NCBI RefSeq assembly: GCF_003704095.1
Contig: NW_020846470.1
Location: forward strand, 248,001 to 312,000
Origin: Pocillopora damicornis
Taxonomy: Eukaryota
Direction of reading: 5' to 3'
Length of the DNA: 64,000 nucleotides
Shown in pieces: positions 51,601 to 64,000 of this stretch. The translations under genes were made by a program, and so were the position numbers. How positions within the stretch are numbered: position 1 is the stretch's first letter; each line of letters starts with the position of its first letter. The notes beneath the pieces were generated by a model that was given only the letters and a program-made list of their open reading frames with translations, did not search any database and was not told where the DNA came from.

Positions 51601-54600
51601 AAAGTATTTTTCCAAGGGTAAAAAAACGACAGAGAGGAAAAACTAAACCAAAAAGAGAAGAAAATTGAAATAAAAATATTGAAAAAATTCCAGCCATCAA
51701 TTTCAAGAAGTGGTAACCATGAAAAACACTTAATCACAAACCTGTTTGTCGAAAGTGATGACGTCAGAGAGGCGAGGAAATTCTGTTGCAGAAGACAGCT
51801 GTGAGATGTGATGAGACGGGGGTCTCTTGTCCGCTTCTTGTTGCCAGCACCACGCCATCAGGTCGAGCACAAACACTGGAGCTTTCTTATCCTACAAAAG
51901 GGTAAACCGTTCCCCATATAGATGCTCTTAATGTTACTGCGCATTTCGAAATTTGTTGTGAAACCAAAAACAATGTGATCACAATCACCAATCAGAATGA
52001 AGGCAAACGTTACAAGGAGCCTATAAAAACTTAAATTTAAGAACAAACAAGCGTCGAGAAAAGATAGTCACCAGAAGCGCGGGAAAACGAAAATTTCGAA
52101 TGGTATCAGTCTTGTATCTGATTGGTTGAGAAGGCGGCACGAATTTCAACGACCAATCACAAAGGGGAGGAAAGCTTAACCAACAAAATTCAGAAGCATT
52201 TCGATACTAAATTGAACTGGCTAATTCTGTCTACCCTAGTCGAGAACCAAAACCAAAGAGACCAGAATAACCAATCATAGCAAAGAAAATATCACCATGA
52301 GCCAATGAGAACTCAAAGTAAAAACAAGCAAACTGTCTGAAGCGCGGGAAAACGCGGATGACCAAGTCGCGATTTCTTTTAGTTTTGGTTCTGATTGGTT
52401 GAAAAAGTTGGGCGAGTTTCCTAGAACAATCACATCACGAAATAAAGCAAAACCGAAGCAACTTTGGATTACTTTCGAGATTCAATTAAAAATTGCTCTA
52501 ATAAACTAAGATGATTAAATACCTTGGTAGTAAGTGGCGGTCGATGACCCTCAACGATAAGCTGTTTGACCTGAGCTGGGTTGAGATCATTAAACGGCTG
52601 GTGCAGCGTGACTAGTTCATAAATGTACATTCCAAAGGAAAACGAGTCCACCTTATCCGTGTAAAGCTCCTTCCCGACGTACTTTTCGATCTCGGGGGCC
52701 ATAAAACCAGGAGTGCCTCCCAGTCCCTTCATTCCTGCTAGCGCCGCTGACCGGCTGATTCCATAGTCGGCCAGCTTTATAACGACTTGATGATGTGATA
52801 TGCCCGCACTGAGGGGGGCTGGAAACACCCACACCAAAATGTTCTCTGATTTGAGATCACGGTAAATGATGTGGTGGCGATGTAAATATTTAATAGCTGA
52901 AGCACACTAATGATGAAAATGAACATGCATTTTGTAATACTGAAAAACTTTATAAGGTGAAGGGAAACTTTTGAATTACAGTGAAGTTGTTTGAAGCAGG
53001 TTGAATACTGGTTAAGTAAATTGCGCGACAGCGGTTGAAACTAAAATTGTTAAAAAGCCCGTAAAGAAAAGACCCAAAAAATGAAGAAAATGCAATCGGA
53101 CCTATCAAATCTGGCTGTTTCAGGCGGATACGATAACACTTAAGGAGGAAAAAAATGTGATCTAATGTTATCAGATGAAAAAGAAACTTAAATTTCTCAA
53201 TGAGCTGTCCACGTCGGCTCTAAGAAAGGTTTCCACTGAATAAAAAACCGTACGAAAAAATTTGGGATGTGAGATATTGACCGCGTAACGCAGGGTGTTC
53301 GCTTCATGTGGGAATTGCATTCATAATTCTAGATAATGGGAGATGTCGTGGATGGTGTCTCATTTTCATGATTTTATTGACTATAATGGGGTTGCATTTT
53401 CAATAGAATTTCTAGAGTGGGTTCTATTTTCAAAAGAGTTACTAAAATAGGGTCGCACATTTTTGGGATTTTGGGGGTAAATCAATTATGGTAAGCAGGG
53501 ATTTACAAGTGGGAAGATTCATGATTAAAAAGTTGCTACCAACTAAGGTGGGATCTGTAATTTGCTAAAGAACAGACTACAATAGGCTAACGTCACATAC
53601 CCAACAAACATTGACTCAAATAACCCCCCCTTCTCCCGAATATATATCAGGTACTAGGTACCAGTCGCTTCGTGATATGGGAAACGGGGTACACTTTACA
53701 GGGGACGTTGGTACCTAGGCCCGTGAGAAGATATGAACGAAAATAAAAACTTCTAAGACTAAAATGTAATTAAATAAGTTTCAATTTGAAAATTATCTCG
53801 TTAATATTTGTACCTGCACAATACATTTCTGCATGACGAAAGCATTCAGCCTGACTCCAACTCTCTTATAATTAGCAAGAATTCCGTCCAAAGCCCCTTG
53901 CGGCGCAAACTCCAGAATCATGCTGAAAGGGTTTAGACAGTATCCTAACAACGACACGATGTTATTATGCTTCAAGGGAAGGAGAATGGACATCTCCTGA
54001 CGAACGGTCCTGTAAGAAATTCACAAATCAATCAATCAGTCAATCGATCGATAAATCAAGTAAGGAAGCAATCAGTTCAGCAATCAACGATCAAGATTAA
54101 GTTTGTCTGTTAGTCGCTAAGTCAGACAGTCAGCTAGTCAGTTAGTTTGCCATTCTATCGCTGATGGAGTCAGGGTGAGTCAGTCACTCAGGCAGTTACT
54201 TGGTTGGTCAGACTGTCAGCCAGTTAGGTCAATGAGTCAGCGCGTCAGTACGATAGCCACTCAGTCAGCTACGGAGAGTATACTCATTAGCCAGCCAAAA
54301 CTTTGGTCAGTCAGTGTCTCTAAGTTAGCAGTCACCGAGCCAGCGAGTCAGTCAGTCAGCCAGCTTTTTGTGTCAATAAGTAATAAGTAAGTCCATCAAG
54401 ATCAGTAACAGTGAACCTTAATTGTGCGGTACTATTCGTTGGAGGAAGGGGGAGGCACTTATAATTTGTTTTCACCTGAAGGACCAACAGCGTCCAGATC
54501 GATGTCAAAAATCGATTCAGGCGGTGATTTGGTCAGTCAGGAGGCCAATCAGTCAACTATGATTAGTCAGTTCGTCAAGCACTTGAAGGATCAGTGAGAC

Positions 54601-57600
54601 CAAATCGACCTCGTTAACAGTGCCTTCAGGTTCACAAGAGATAACTAACGTATGGTTCAACTCAGATTTTGAATGACTTAAAGCGGCTGATTATCATAAG
54701 CTGGGCTTTTAAACGTAGTACAAACTATGATTCCCCAGTAAAACCCCATAGGTTGGGAGGGAGGGTATGTAATCTCTTGGCACTGGTGTAACTCGGTAGA
54801 ATCTCAATCAAACTTCACATTACAAGGAAGTCTTGTTTAATTTTTCAATTAATCCATCTGAACAACCCTTAATTAACTGATCCACCTTCAGCTTCTCTCC
54901 GGATGAGATTTGTAACGATTTACTTTTTGATGGCGACGCTTCTCACTGAGTAATAAAAAAAAGATAAAAGTCACACTGTCTTCTCACCTGTAAGCATCAT
55001 TCAATGTCACCGTTGGATTTTCTTTCAGCGCTCTCATAGCCGCTGCAGCCATTTGCTTTTCTTCCGCTGGTGCATCATCGCCCACTTCATTGTTCAGCGG
55101 CATCTTCATGGCGATAGTTATCGAGTTCCCGGATTCCTGCCTCAGCTCCCCGCGAAATACTGAGCCAAACGTTCCTTTGCCTAAGAATTTGCCTTTAGTT
55201 ATGTCGGATGCCTGAACGTTCATGTTAGGAGCAATGTCTTCAAACATCTGTAAACGATAGAAAAATCACTTAGAATACGTCAAAATTGAGTGAAAATCTA
55301 GCCATGTTAATCAAAAGAAAGAAAAGACATTGACTAGTTGCTTATGCTCTCACTGTCAAGCGTAAAACAATAAATACAATAGCAAATGAATAAAACTTTA
55401 ACACCCTAACATCAGTATGCATATTCTCCCAACTGTCCTCTATACATTTCCTACGGTGCTGACAAGGAGAATTCATTTAGTAAGCAAGAGCCTCTTGAGT
55501 AGGTGACCATTTCCTATATTCTTGTTAACTTAAAGATCGATTCAAAGGTGAAATTGTAGGGAGAAATTAGATGCTAGTCACTCTTGGGGGTTAAAAGGTT
55601 AAGGGATAAGCTCTTATGGTGTCAAAAACACTTACAGCATCTGGAGCTAGCTCTTTGAGATCCAGCTGACCGTGCAGGGTGCACTCCACGGGCTCAGTGT
55701 TGTAAGCAGCTAGCACACATTCTTCGAACTCAAATGAATAAATGATTGTGTCATCTTCGGTGGGTCGCTTCCTGAACGAGCCGTATTTACCGGAACCACG
55801 TTGAAAGCTTTCAGCGCTGTCAGTGCTCCCTGCTGAATATGGAAAACAAAAAAAAGGAAATTAGACAGAGTAATATAAACCAATTGTTAGTTTGTCGCCT
55901 TTGCAGCCGCACTCTGGGATATCTCACGACGCCTTCCCCCCCAAAAAAGATATTTTGGGCACATTGCGTGACATTCCAATGGTAGACTTCAAGCGACCGA
56001 CTTTGCCGAAAAGGAGAGATAACTCGCAGTATATCCCGAAGGCAGCAAAGGAGATTAATTATTAGCCTGCTTTGGTATTTTAGAGGGAATTTGGGGTGGC
56101 GAGTTGTTAACGCGCTTTGCTTTGGAAGAAACCCGCGTGATTTGCGATTTCAGTCACTTTCGTTGAACGGAAACAACGTTAACGTCCTGCGGCGTCAAAA
56201 GAATTACTATGACACATGAAAATATTCTCGATTCACTGTCTGCACCTTTGTTGGGTTCTTCTTGATTGGTTTCGTCCGACTTCTTGGACTTAGAGTTCAT
56301 ATCAATGACGTCACTTTCCTCGCTGTCACTACTCCTCAGTTGCCTGCGTCCTTTGCCGGATTGCTTCCTTCTCCTGCCACCCATTTCTGGAGAAAATGAT
56401 TGGCTGCTTTCACTACCATGACTATCCGTGCTCTGAAAATAAGGAAAACAGTTTCTTCTGTAACAAGCAATTCGAGCGCTTTTCGATCGAGCATCCTTAA
56501 ATTGAAAACCAAAGAAGGTAAAAAATATCTCAATGGCTAATCAGAGCTAAAGAATAAACTATGAGAAACACTACATGAGAAAAAACTCCAGTGAGATTCA
56601 GGAGTCTGGGTTAATCACTTGGCAAAGTTTCCTGTATTCTCGTTTTTTCCTTACCACTCTACAAAACAAAAATGCATGCAGTCAGGAAAATTCTCTCACC
56701 TGATCCGAAGTGTAATCAAAACAACTTGAACTCTCTTCCTCTGTCTCTCTTCCAGTGCTCACATACCCAAACGTGAATCTCTCGGGCTCCGAGTGAAAAC
56801 TGTCACGAGAAGGGAACTTAGGACTGCTATAGCTTTGCCCCTGCTGTATATCAGAGGAGTCCACGCTCTGCGACAGCGAGTTGTCTATAAAGATAAATAA
56901 CGAAGTGATTTGTGAAATGCTTATTTATCTCCAGATTTAATGTGATTAACCTACACGCATGTGTAATTGAAACCTTTCAACGGAGTAACAGGGCGAAAGT
57001 CAACACTTTGCCACTAGAAGAGTTTTGGATAGCACAGTAGCAGGAGAAAATTTTATCGAAATGTTATCCGTATCATAGGGGACTCTTGATATGACATGGC
57101 CGTCTTCACTTGACAGATTTTAAAGTTCCATCATTGAAGCACGAAGGCAATAGAACTAAAAGGTAAAAAAAAAACCCATCTTGGCGCTTCAGTAATCACA
57201 CCCGACTTGAAACCTAGCTCTTCAAGCTTACAGTATCACTGCTGAATCAAACACAAGACATGACAACAACGCCACCTTAAGAAGTTCTTAATTGTTCGAC
57301 AAACTCTCCTGGTCAGCACCATAGGAAATGTACAAGGAACGGTAAAGAAAATACGCAACTTGATGTAAGGGAATTAAGAGTTGCTTTCACGGTGCCTACA
57401 AAGGCGTCGTTTTGTTTGCTAAAAGGAGCCTCGTAATTTAATTTTAAGTCCTCTAATGAAAGAAACTCTTTAGATCAATTTTTAATTGGGTGTAGATAGA
57501 ATTCCGATAATGCATTGGCTTTCCTTTGCTTCGCTTTATGATTGGTCCATTAATCTCGCGCCACCCTCTTCACCAATCAGAAGCAATAGCAAAACCTCTC

Positions 57601-60600
57601 GTAACTTGGTCACAAGCATTTTTTTACGCGCAAGGCACAGTGCACATTTTTTATTTCGAGTTTTCATTGGCTCCTGATTCTTCTTTTGCTCTTATTGACC
57701 GTTGTGACTTCTTTGGTTCTAATCTTACGACACCCAGGGAGGATCCAAAGGCGCAAACATGAAACAAAAGAGAACAAGGATGGCCGCCGATAAAAAAAAA
57801 GATTATCGAGGAAAGATTAGGCACCCACAAATTGTTGAGTAGCTTATGATCTAGTCTGTGGCTCAATTTTAACTCCCTTCATACCTTCTCCATTAGCTTC
57901 GGGTCTCCTTGAAATGTGCACAGGGCTCGGCCATGGAGAAGCGCTCGTACTACTTCCGTCAGTCGCAGACAAATTTATGCCGCTATCCTGCCCTGAGGAT
58001 TGCGTCAAAAGCACATCAGGCGGTACATTATCTCTTTCCTTTTCATACTCGGCTCGATCGTTCCCGCATACGGTCATGATGCACTTGGGGCACGGAATGA
58101 TCCTGGTAACCAGGCGATTTCCTTGCACTGTGATTGCATCAAGTCCTGGGAACCAGTCGGTGATGAGCGTGTCCATGTGTTCCACAGCGATAGCAACCAA
58201 CCGAGCAGCAGACTGGATGCTACTGTCTGAAACAGACTTGACTTTAAATCCGATTAGCTTTGATCCCTCTCGGCGATCTGTGAATACAACATTAAATCAT
58301 AATTTACTGAGCAACTGTAAATATGTTAAATCTTCAGAGCATTGGACCAATCACAAACAAATACAAGCATCCGGTGAGGTCGTTTTCAAGTGTTAAGTGG
58401 ACATAGTGTTCCAGCGTCTGCATAATGTATTAGCGTTTCGCGCGAATTCAACTTCTAAATGTCACCGGTTCAACTTTTCCCGCCCGCGAGCAAAAACTTC
58501 ATGGTACGCCATAAGTAGTATTTTAACACCGCAAAGAAGATAAAGCAGATTTACCGAAGCAAAATATATAGGACTGGGAAATAGACAACTACAAACCTTC
58601 TCCAGCCTTCCTTAGGCTCGTTCTTTTCGATGTAATTTTCTTTCGTTGTTCAAACTTTTCCATTCTTATGCGAACACATGGCGTTAGAACTTCAATGGTG
58701 GAATAACGAGTGGTGTCGTGTACCTCGCGGCGGTAATGCAACGGATTGGCCATGTCATCTAAGACAGAAGGAAATTATCAAATACAATACACGACTATCC
58801 ACAGCAGTGTTTTGAAAGTGCATCTGGCTGCCTGCGCGTGTTCTCAAAGCTCAATAGGAAGAGAGCATCGGGAAGGTCCAGAGTTCGAATACCGCTGAAG
58901 GCCTGGGCCTTTGTCGAGCCATGAGTATTACCTTAAGATCACTAGTCTTTTTCTAATATTCATCAAGGAACTAGGTAGCACTAAATATAAAGCTGAGATT
59001 GCACCAGATTTCCATCAAGAGGATTCGAGTAACTTCCATAAACCTTTTCCACTGTTCATATGAATGAAAGGTACTGACTTGAGGAGAACAACCATTAGGT
59101 GGCTCGAAAGACCTCTCGATGATCTGATTCAGAATTCACGGCCTCCTTTCTGCTAGAAAGGACTGAGAAATCTCGAAAAAGGAAAGGCTCATTAACACTA
59201 TTGCCATCCAGAAATTGCGAAATTTATGACGGGTTATATTCCATTCAGTACTGCCCTCACATTCAAATGAATATAGTAATTCTTTTTTTTTTTTAATTTG
59301 AAATAATTTGTGATTTTATCAGAATTCCCTCTCTTCGTAACTTGGCATGCTAACGAGAATGCTATTGTGTGAAACATAAACAAGAAAAGTTAACAATGAC
59401 TCACCTACGAGACACATGAGATTTACCTTGAGCCATGGGTTTAACCCTTCCTCTCCCCCGATCTCAAATTAAATTCTCCCTTCCATCTACCAAAAATTTC
59501 CTTCAATTTCAGCCCTTAGAATTTTGTGGTAGATTGAAGAAGAATCCATGGTTGATATTTATAGTTCAAGGAGAAATTACTTGTTGGTCACCCCTGGTAG
59601 TGAAGGGCTAAATGTTTAAATGAAATTCAACTAGTAGTGGGAATGTCTCCGCAAATGATTGCTTTATTTTTTTTCTGCTCACCTGGTGCACCATAAAAAG
59701 GTCTTCCTTCCAGTTCACATATCCTTAGCAATTTCACTCCAAAACATGACAGTTCAATTCCAGTCTTCCAGCATGACCACTCTGGTTGAGCCACAGAAGT
59801 TAGTTTATCTCTGTCACCCTCCTGTACTGGGCCATCGGGAGACAGTTGACAACATGACTTGACTGTATCGCGGATTCGTTCATCTGGAATTACTCTGATA
59901 AAACACGTTACATATCAAGACGTTTTTCTAGAATTCTAACATCGAAATTATTCCGTCTTCATTATTTGGGCGACGCCAGATGAGCGGAAATGTGATGATA
60001 GACAATATTGGGGAGTGGGGGAAACATGATGTGAACCCGAGATAAACATGTAAATAGTACCAGACGCGAGAAAATAAGTTAGCAATGTTAAGCGCGCGGA
60101 AAAAAAAGTACGCAGTGCCAAGCGTGGTAAAAACATGCAAGTAGTGCCACGTGCGCGAAAACGTGTTAACGGTTCTAAGCGTGGAAATATAGGAAAACAT
60201 ATAAGGTGCCATAGGCGGGAAAATTTTGTAAGCACTACAAGCACCAAAGAAATTTATCAGCTCAGCAAAGCGCGGGAAAATATGCAAGCAGTGCCAAGAA
60301 CAGGAAGTAAGCAGAGGGAAACGCGGGAATATACGTCAGCGGTGTCGTGCATGGGAAAATACGTAAGAAGAGACAAGCACGGAAAATTTGTAAGTGGCGC
60401 CAAGGGCGGGAAAAGAGTATGCCATTCATAGCATGGGACAATCTGTGAGTAAAGTAAAGGCGGGTGAACCTGTTAGCATCGGAAAGCGTAGGATAAAAGT
60501 GTAAGCAGTTTTTTTACTAAAGGAAAACGCCAACAGGGAATAAAAATGCAAGATAAAAATGTCGGCGGTCCTCAGCGAAAGAGAATGTACAAAGGAAAAA

Positions 60601-63600
60601 AGCGTGGAAAGCTGTAAAAAGTCACAAAAGTGGGAGTATACTCTGTAAAAAATTCGTGAAAGCTCACCTGGTGATCAGTCTTGGCCAAAAGCCACTCGGC
60701 ACATAGGACATGACGTACTGTCTCCGCAGAACCTTTGGTTGAGTGTAAGCTGTCACATTCATGGCCTGAGCAACTGCCGCGCTGACGCCAGCCGCAACAG
60801 GCAGGTTAGTTTCTTGCTGACTATCTGGGAGTAGGGATGGGACGAGCAGGAACTCAGGGCTCCATGGCAGGGCCACTTCAAACTTGCTTAACAGGTTGAT
60901 GTATTGGCTCATCAGATTGGCAGGGAATCGTTCACTTCGGAAAATTTGAGATAAGTCGGAGCGCTTCATGACACCTGAACGAGAAAGGCAACGGGATAAA
61001 GACAAAAATAACTAACAATTATTCATGCTTGTCTATGCATGTAATTTTAGTTATCATAACATTCTTATACCCAAACTTTGACACTAGCTTTTTTAGAGTA
61101 GTTCTCTCTTGATAGGCTCCAAAGTACAAGAGCTATCTTAGCAATTACCACCCCAAATATTCTTCGATGAAGTGCAATCGATAAACGTGGAATCTGTTAG
61201 ACCCCTTTTAAGAAACATTCCAGTCGAAACCAGTAGCCTCAGATAATTCTCATATCACGCAAGCGATGCTTACCATTGTTTATGTGGGGGTTGACTTCCC
61301 TAATCGTTACAACATGAGCAAGCATGTCACACAACCACTGAGGGTCCAAAAAATACAAGTCACGCAGCAGTGGGTCGTCGTAATGTAACAAAACACCTGA
61401 AGGAAGATGGCAAAAACATATATCCGGCATATATTTTTTTAAGTATCTGGTATCACGTAAATTACCCCCATCTCCCCAGATTCTCCATATCCTTACGATT
61501 TTTAACCTAAACATCTCATATCCTTAAAATCTCCAACATAACCACTTTAGTTTCCCCACCCGTAGGATTTAAAAAAATTGTTTATGATTAAAACCACCTT
61601 AACTGATTTAAAAGTGTTCTTAGATGGCAACAATGAGAAACGAAACAGAACAGCAAGTCTAGAGAGACTGGGGTCAAGTTTAAGATGCTAGTCCACACTT
61701 ATCTTCGTTTTATACCTAAAATTTATATGGAACGACATGCGAGAGTGTTATGTGTAGTCTAACTTGACAGCTGTAATACAATACGACGAGAATTCCAGGG
61801 ATCAACCCAGTTATTTTTTACTGTGTTCAGTATCCACTAACAAACTTGGTAAGTATTTCGTACCATTGTCATGCAGGAAACTTGTAGCTTGTTGTAATTC
61901 CTCTGGTCCTCTAAGGTGAAAATTTTGCTTTGACAGCTCAGCTTCAACTGCAGCGCTACAAAAGAAACAGCTTCCCAACTTTATCTAGAGAAGAAGATAA
62001 CCGTAAGACCTCCTCTCCCTTGCTTCTCCTCTCTCTTTGCCCAAACTTACTCCTTCTGATCTACCCTCAGCAAAACAAAGTTTTAACATACAGCTCTTGT
62101 AGAACCATATGGCGGATGAGAATGAAGTTTCCCCTTTAAGAGACAATACCTAGTAAAACTGGTTCAATTCTTAAGCTGATGGCCAAAGGAACACGTGCTA
62201 CGGTGACATGCGAGAAGTTGTATGTTACCCCGAGACAATCAACACCACATTACTATGACGTACTCTGTTCAATACCTGAATTGTTCAGACTTGAGTACCG
62301 GAGTCTGGTCGTCACGGTAGCACCTCTCACGGACCACTCCCACAGCGTTCTCTACTGCGATGTAACTGGCAGGAATGGGCGTCTTTAGCAGAGGCAGGCG
62401 ACTACCTATTGAGCCATGATATGGATTCAGAGGAACATCTCACGCAACAAGTCGCGGGAACATGTCTCAGCGACTGCTTCCTTCGATTGGCATGGCCTAG
62501 TTTTAGTCAAAATCTTCACTTGTGCAAGAGGGTTTTGTATCGAAACAACTCGCACAAAATCGAACTGATTTGGATTCCAAAGATGTCAGCCATAGAGTCT
62601 CATACACGCCTCTTTTTTTCAGAATTTCACAGTGGCCAAGATAAAGCCCACTACCTCACACTCAAATTTCCCGACGATCTCACTTTCTTAACTCCTCGAC
62701 CTCGTTCGACTAAACAAGAATCCGACAAGAATCTGTCTGTCCAGAAAACTCGTTTGACTTACCTTTCTCTTTAATGTCAAAAGACGTGTTGTAGATCAGC
62801 TGCCTTAATTCCCGGATGTGGTACCCAGTCTTACAGCTAACCTCGATCATGGCCCTCACCTTGGGCAAGCCTCGTTCGCGTGTGTTCAGAACCTTTCCTC
62901 CGTATTCGACAGCTATATAGTTATCAGAAATCATACTTCTCAGGTTTGTCAGGTATTCTGATCTTCTGTCTTTGTCCTCTAGCATGTCGTAGTGTGTTCC
63001 AACAATGATGACTGTGGAATCTGGGGCACGAGCCTTTCAAAGAAAGAACTGAGTATTTTAACTACTTTGGCCAAATTCTGAAAGGTTCAAGAAATAATCG
63101 CCTGATTTTAAACGAGATTTCTATTTTACTTGTAAAACGCCGCCCTGGCCGTGTCATTCTATCATGTTCTTGAGAAAGACACTTTACTATCACAGTGCCT
63201 CTCTCCAACTAGGAGTAAAACTGGGTACCAGTCACTCGTTAGGGAAACCTAATTATTAGGCCTTTTGGATGTTTACGTAGGATTTCCTCATTTCACACCC
63301 AAAGCCTCACTTTTTAAGGTGGGGACTGGTGAATTTTATAAGGAAAGTATTCCCAAAACACTAGAATTAGAAGAATACCCAATTGAAAAGCAAAAAGAAA
63401 GTGGCAAAGATTAATGAAGAAGATTAGTGCAAACGAGGCTTAATGATGAATTTTCAGTAAATGACGTAATCTTGCATAAGGGTTATTGCTTGTGGTATAC
63501 CGGCCATGAACTGACCACACATCTTAGAGCTAAAACAATATCACTTGTCGCTTTGTGCTACAGAAAATGCGGCTAAATTTTAACCCTTTCACTCATGTAT

Positions 63601-63982
63601 ATTATTGGTAATTCTCCTCGCTATCTGCCATACAATTCTTATGATGTATATATAGGAGAATTTGGTACTGGATCAACTACTAATCCTCTACTAATTGATA
63701 TTTTCCTTTGTTCTCATCACTTATCTTCTTGATTTTGTATCGATATTGTGAGGAGAAATTCTTTCTTGGTCACTAATGGGAGTTAGATGGGTAAAGGAAG
63801 CACCCTTTGAAGCTAAAATTTAGTAAAAATTCTACGGAATTCAGTTTCGGAAAATGCACCTGGATATTCAGCAACCAAGGTTCAATTTGATTGACGCCCT
63901 GTTCGCCGTCTGTAACCTTCCACATGGCAATGTACAGCGAACGATGAGACAGGAAACACTGATGAGTAGCGTAATACTCGCG
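48669..63982 (-). CDS. LRRK1: Leucine-rich repeat kinase family ROCO protein (Roc GTPase-COR-kinase-WD40-like), LRRK1/invertebrate Lrrk type; 5'-partial, 20 exons and ~1566 aa in window
   Basis: Exons 63860-63982, 62763-63033, 62276-62405, 61864-61955, 61274-61396, 60668-60974, 59683-59894, 58597-58758, 57885-58277, 56700-56884, 56246-56432, 55636-55832, 54988-55247, 53814-54009, 52523-52906, 51742-51891, 50983-51159, 50199-50341, 49185-49846 and 48669-49015 keep one frame. Roc: EYYATHQCFL, IIVGTHYD, EVSCKTG. COR: GVLLHYDD..YFLDPQWLC, PSGFWPRLITR. Kinase: LGKGTFGSV, YRDLKSENILVW, KLADYGISR, GTPGFMAPE. The symbol is approximate; exact orthology is unresolved. Confidence 0.92.
51930..52500. repeat. 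Tandem cluster (about 3 copies) of a CCAATCA/TGATTGG-rich MITE family
   Basis: Repeated AAAACCAAA..CCAATCA..AAGCGCGGGAAAACG..CTGATTGGTTGA, ending AATTGCTCTA. Other copies at ~8310-8560, 26085-26345, 50490-50750, 56470-56550 and 57485-57730. Confidence 0.65.
54030..54580 (+). repeat. Degenerate (AGTC)n microsatellite in a LRRK intron
   Basis: AGTCAGTC runs. It explains the SQSVSQ-rich ORF 54175-54390. Confidence 0.8.
55390..55602. mobile_element. Family A TTAA MITE copy in a LRRK intron
   Basis: Reverse-complement match to 10850-11060 (e.g. GGAGAAATTAGATGCTAGTCACTCTT), ending AAAAGGTTAA. Confidence 0.75.
60030..60640 (+). repeat. Degenerate ~28-bp tandem repeat in a LRRK intron
   Basis: Recurring GTGCCAAGCGCGGGAAAACATGCAA-like units. 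Confidence 0.7.
63140..63250 (+). mobile_element. tRNA-derived SINE body fragment (MIR/CORE- or Nin-like)
   Basis: GCCCTGGCCG..TGTTCTTGAGAAAGACACTTTACTATCACAGTGCCTCTCTCCA..GGGTACC resembles the conserved central domain of widespread metazoan SINEs (recognised from memory). Confidence 0.55.
63580..63795. mobile_element. TTAA-flanked MITE, family B
   Basis: TTAACCCTTTCACTC...GGGAGTTAGATGGGTAA. Related copies at ~505-689, 38331-38500 and 59441-59611. Confidence 0.7.
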
Positions 63983-64000
63983 CTGTAAGATTTAAAGAGA

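Noticed and set aside
58932-59153. Possible additional LRRK exon
   Set aside because: Stops occur in the required frame, and the flanking exons 59683 and 58758 already join in phase.
59928-60431. Three overlapping ORFs of 98-119 aa
   Set aside because: They are products of a degenerate 28-bp tandem repeat within a LRRK intron.

Overview
Intron-rich, AT-rich animal genomic DNA. A cnidarian/stony-coral origin is inferred from the repeat landscape and the LRRK type, and is not proven. There are three N gaps: 15541-15709, 31723-31822 and 36639-36738. Hand splicing gives four protein-coding loci. (1) Two tandem minus-strand paralogs (1893-11894, ~652 aa; 13904-22771, ~645 aa) encode a secreted protein with the architecture signal peptide, DUF11/Ig-like domain, two F5/8 type C (discoidin) domains and an Asp-box-bearing C-terminal domain ending WKCCGx. 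(2) An MGST3 gene has exon 1 on the minus strand (41891-42013) but its last three exons on the plus strand inside a gap-bounded contig (33189-34150). Exon 2 was not found. (3) An intronless 81-aa CD24/CD52-like GPI-anchored glycopeptide gene (42320-42565) lies head-to-head with MGST3. (4) The 3' 20 exons of a LRRK-family ROCO kinase (Roc-COR-kinase-WD40-like) run on the minus strand at 48669-63982 and continue beyond the window. Intergenic and intronic DNA holds many MITEs, tRNA-derived SINE pieces, L2/CR1 LINE remnants and GACT-derived satellites. A CpG-depleted block at ~24.6-30.6 kb has splice signals but no coding frame. All family assignments come from motif recognition; no searches were run.
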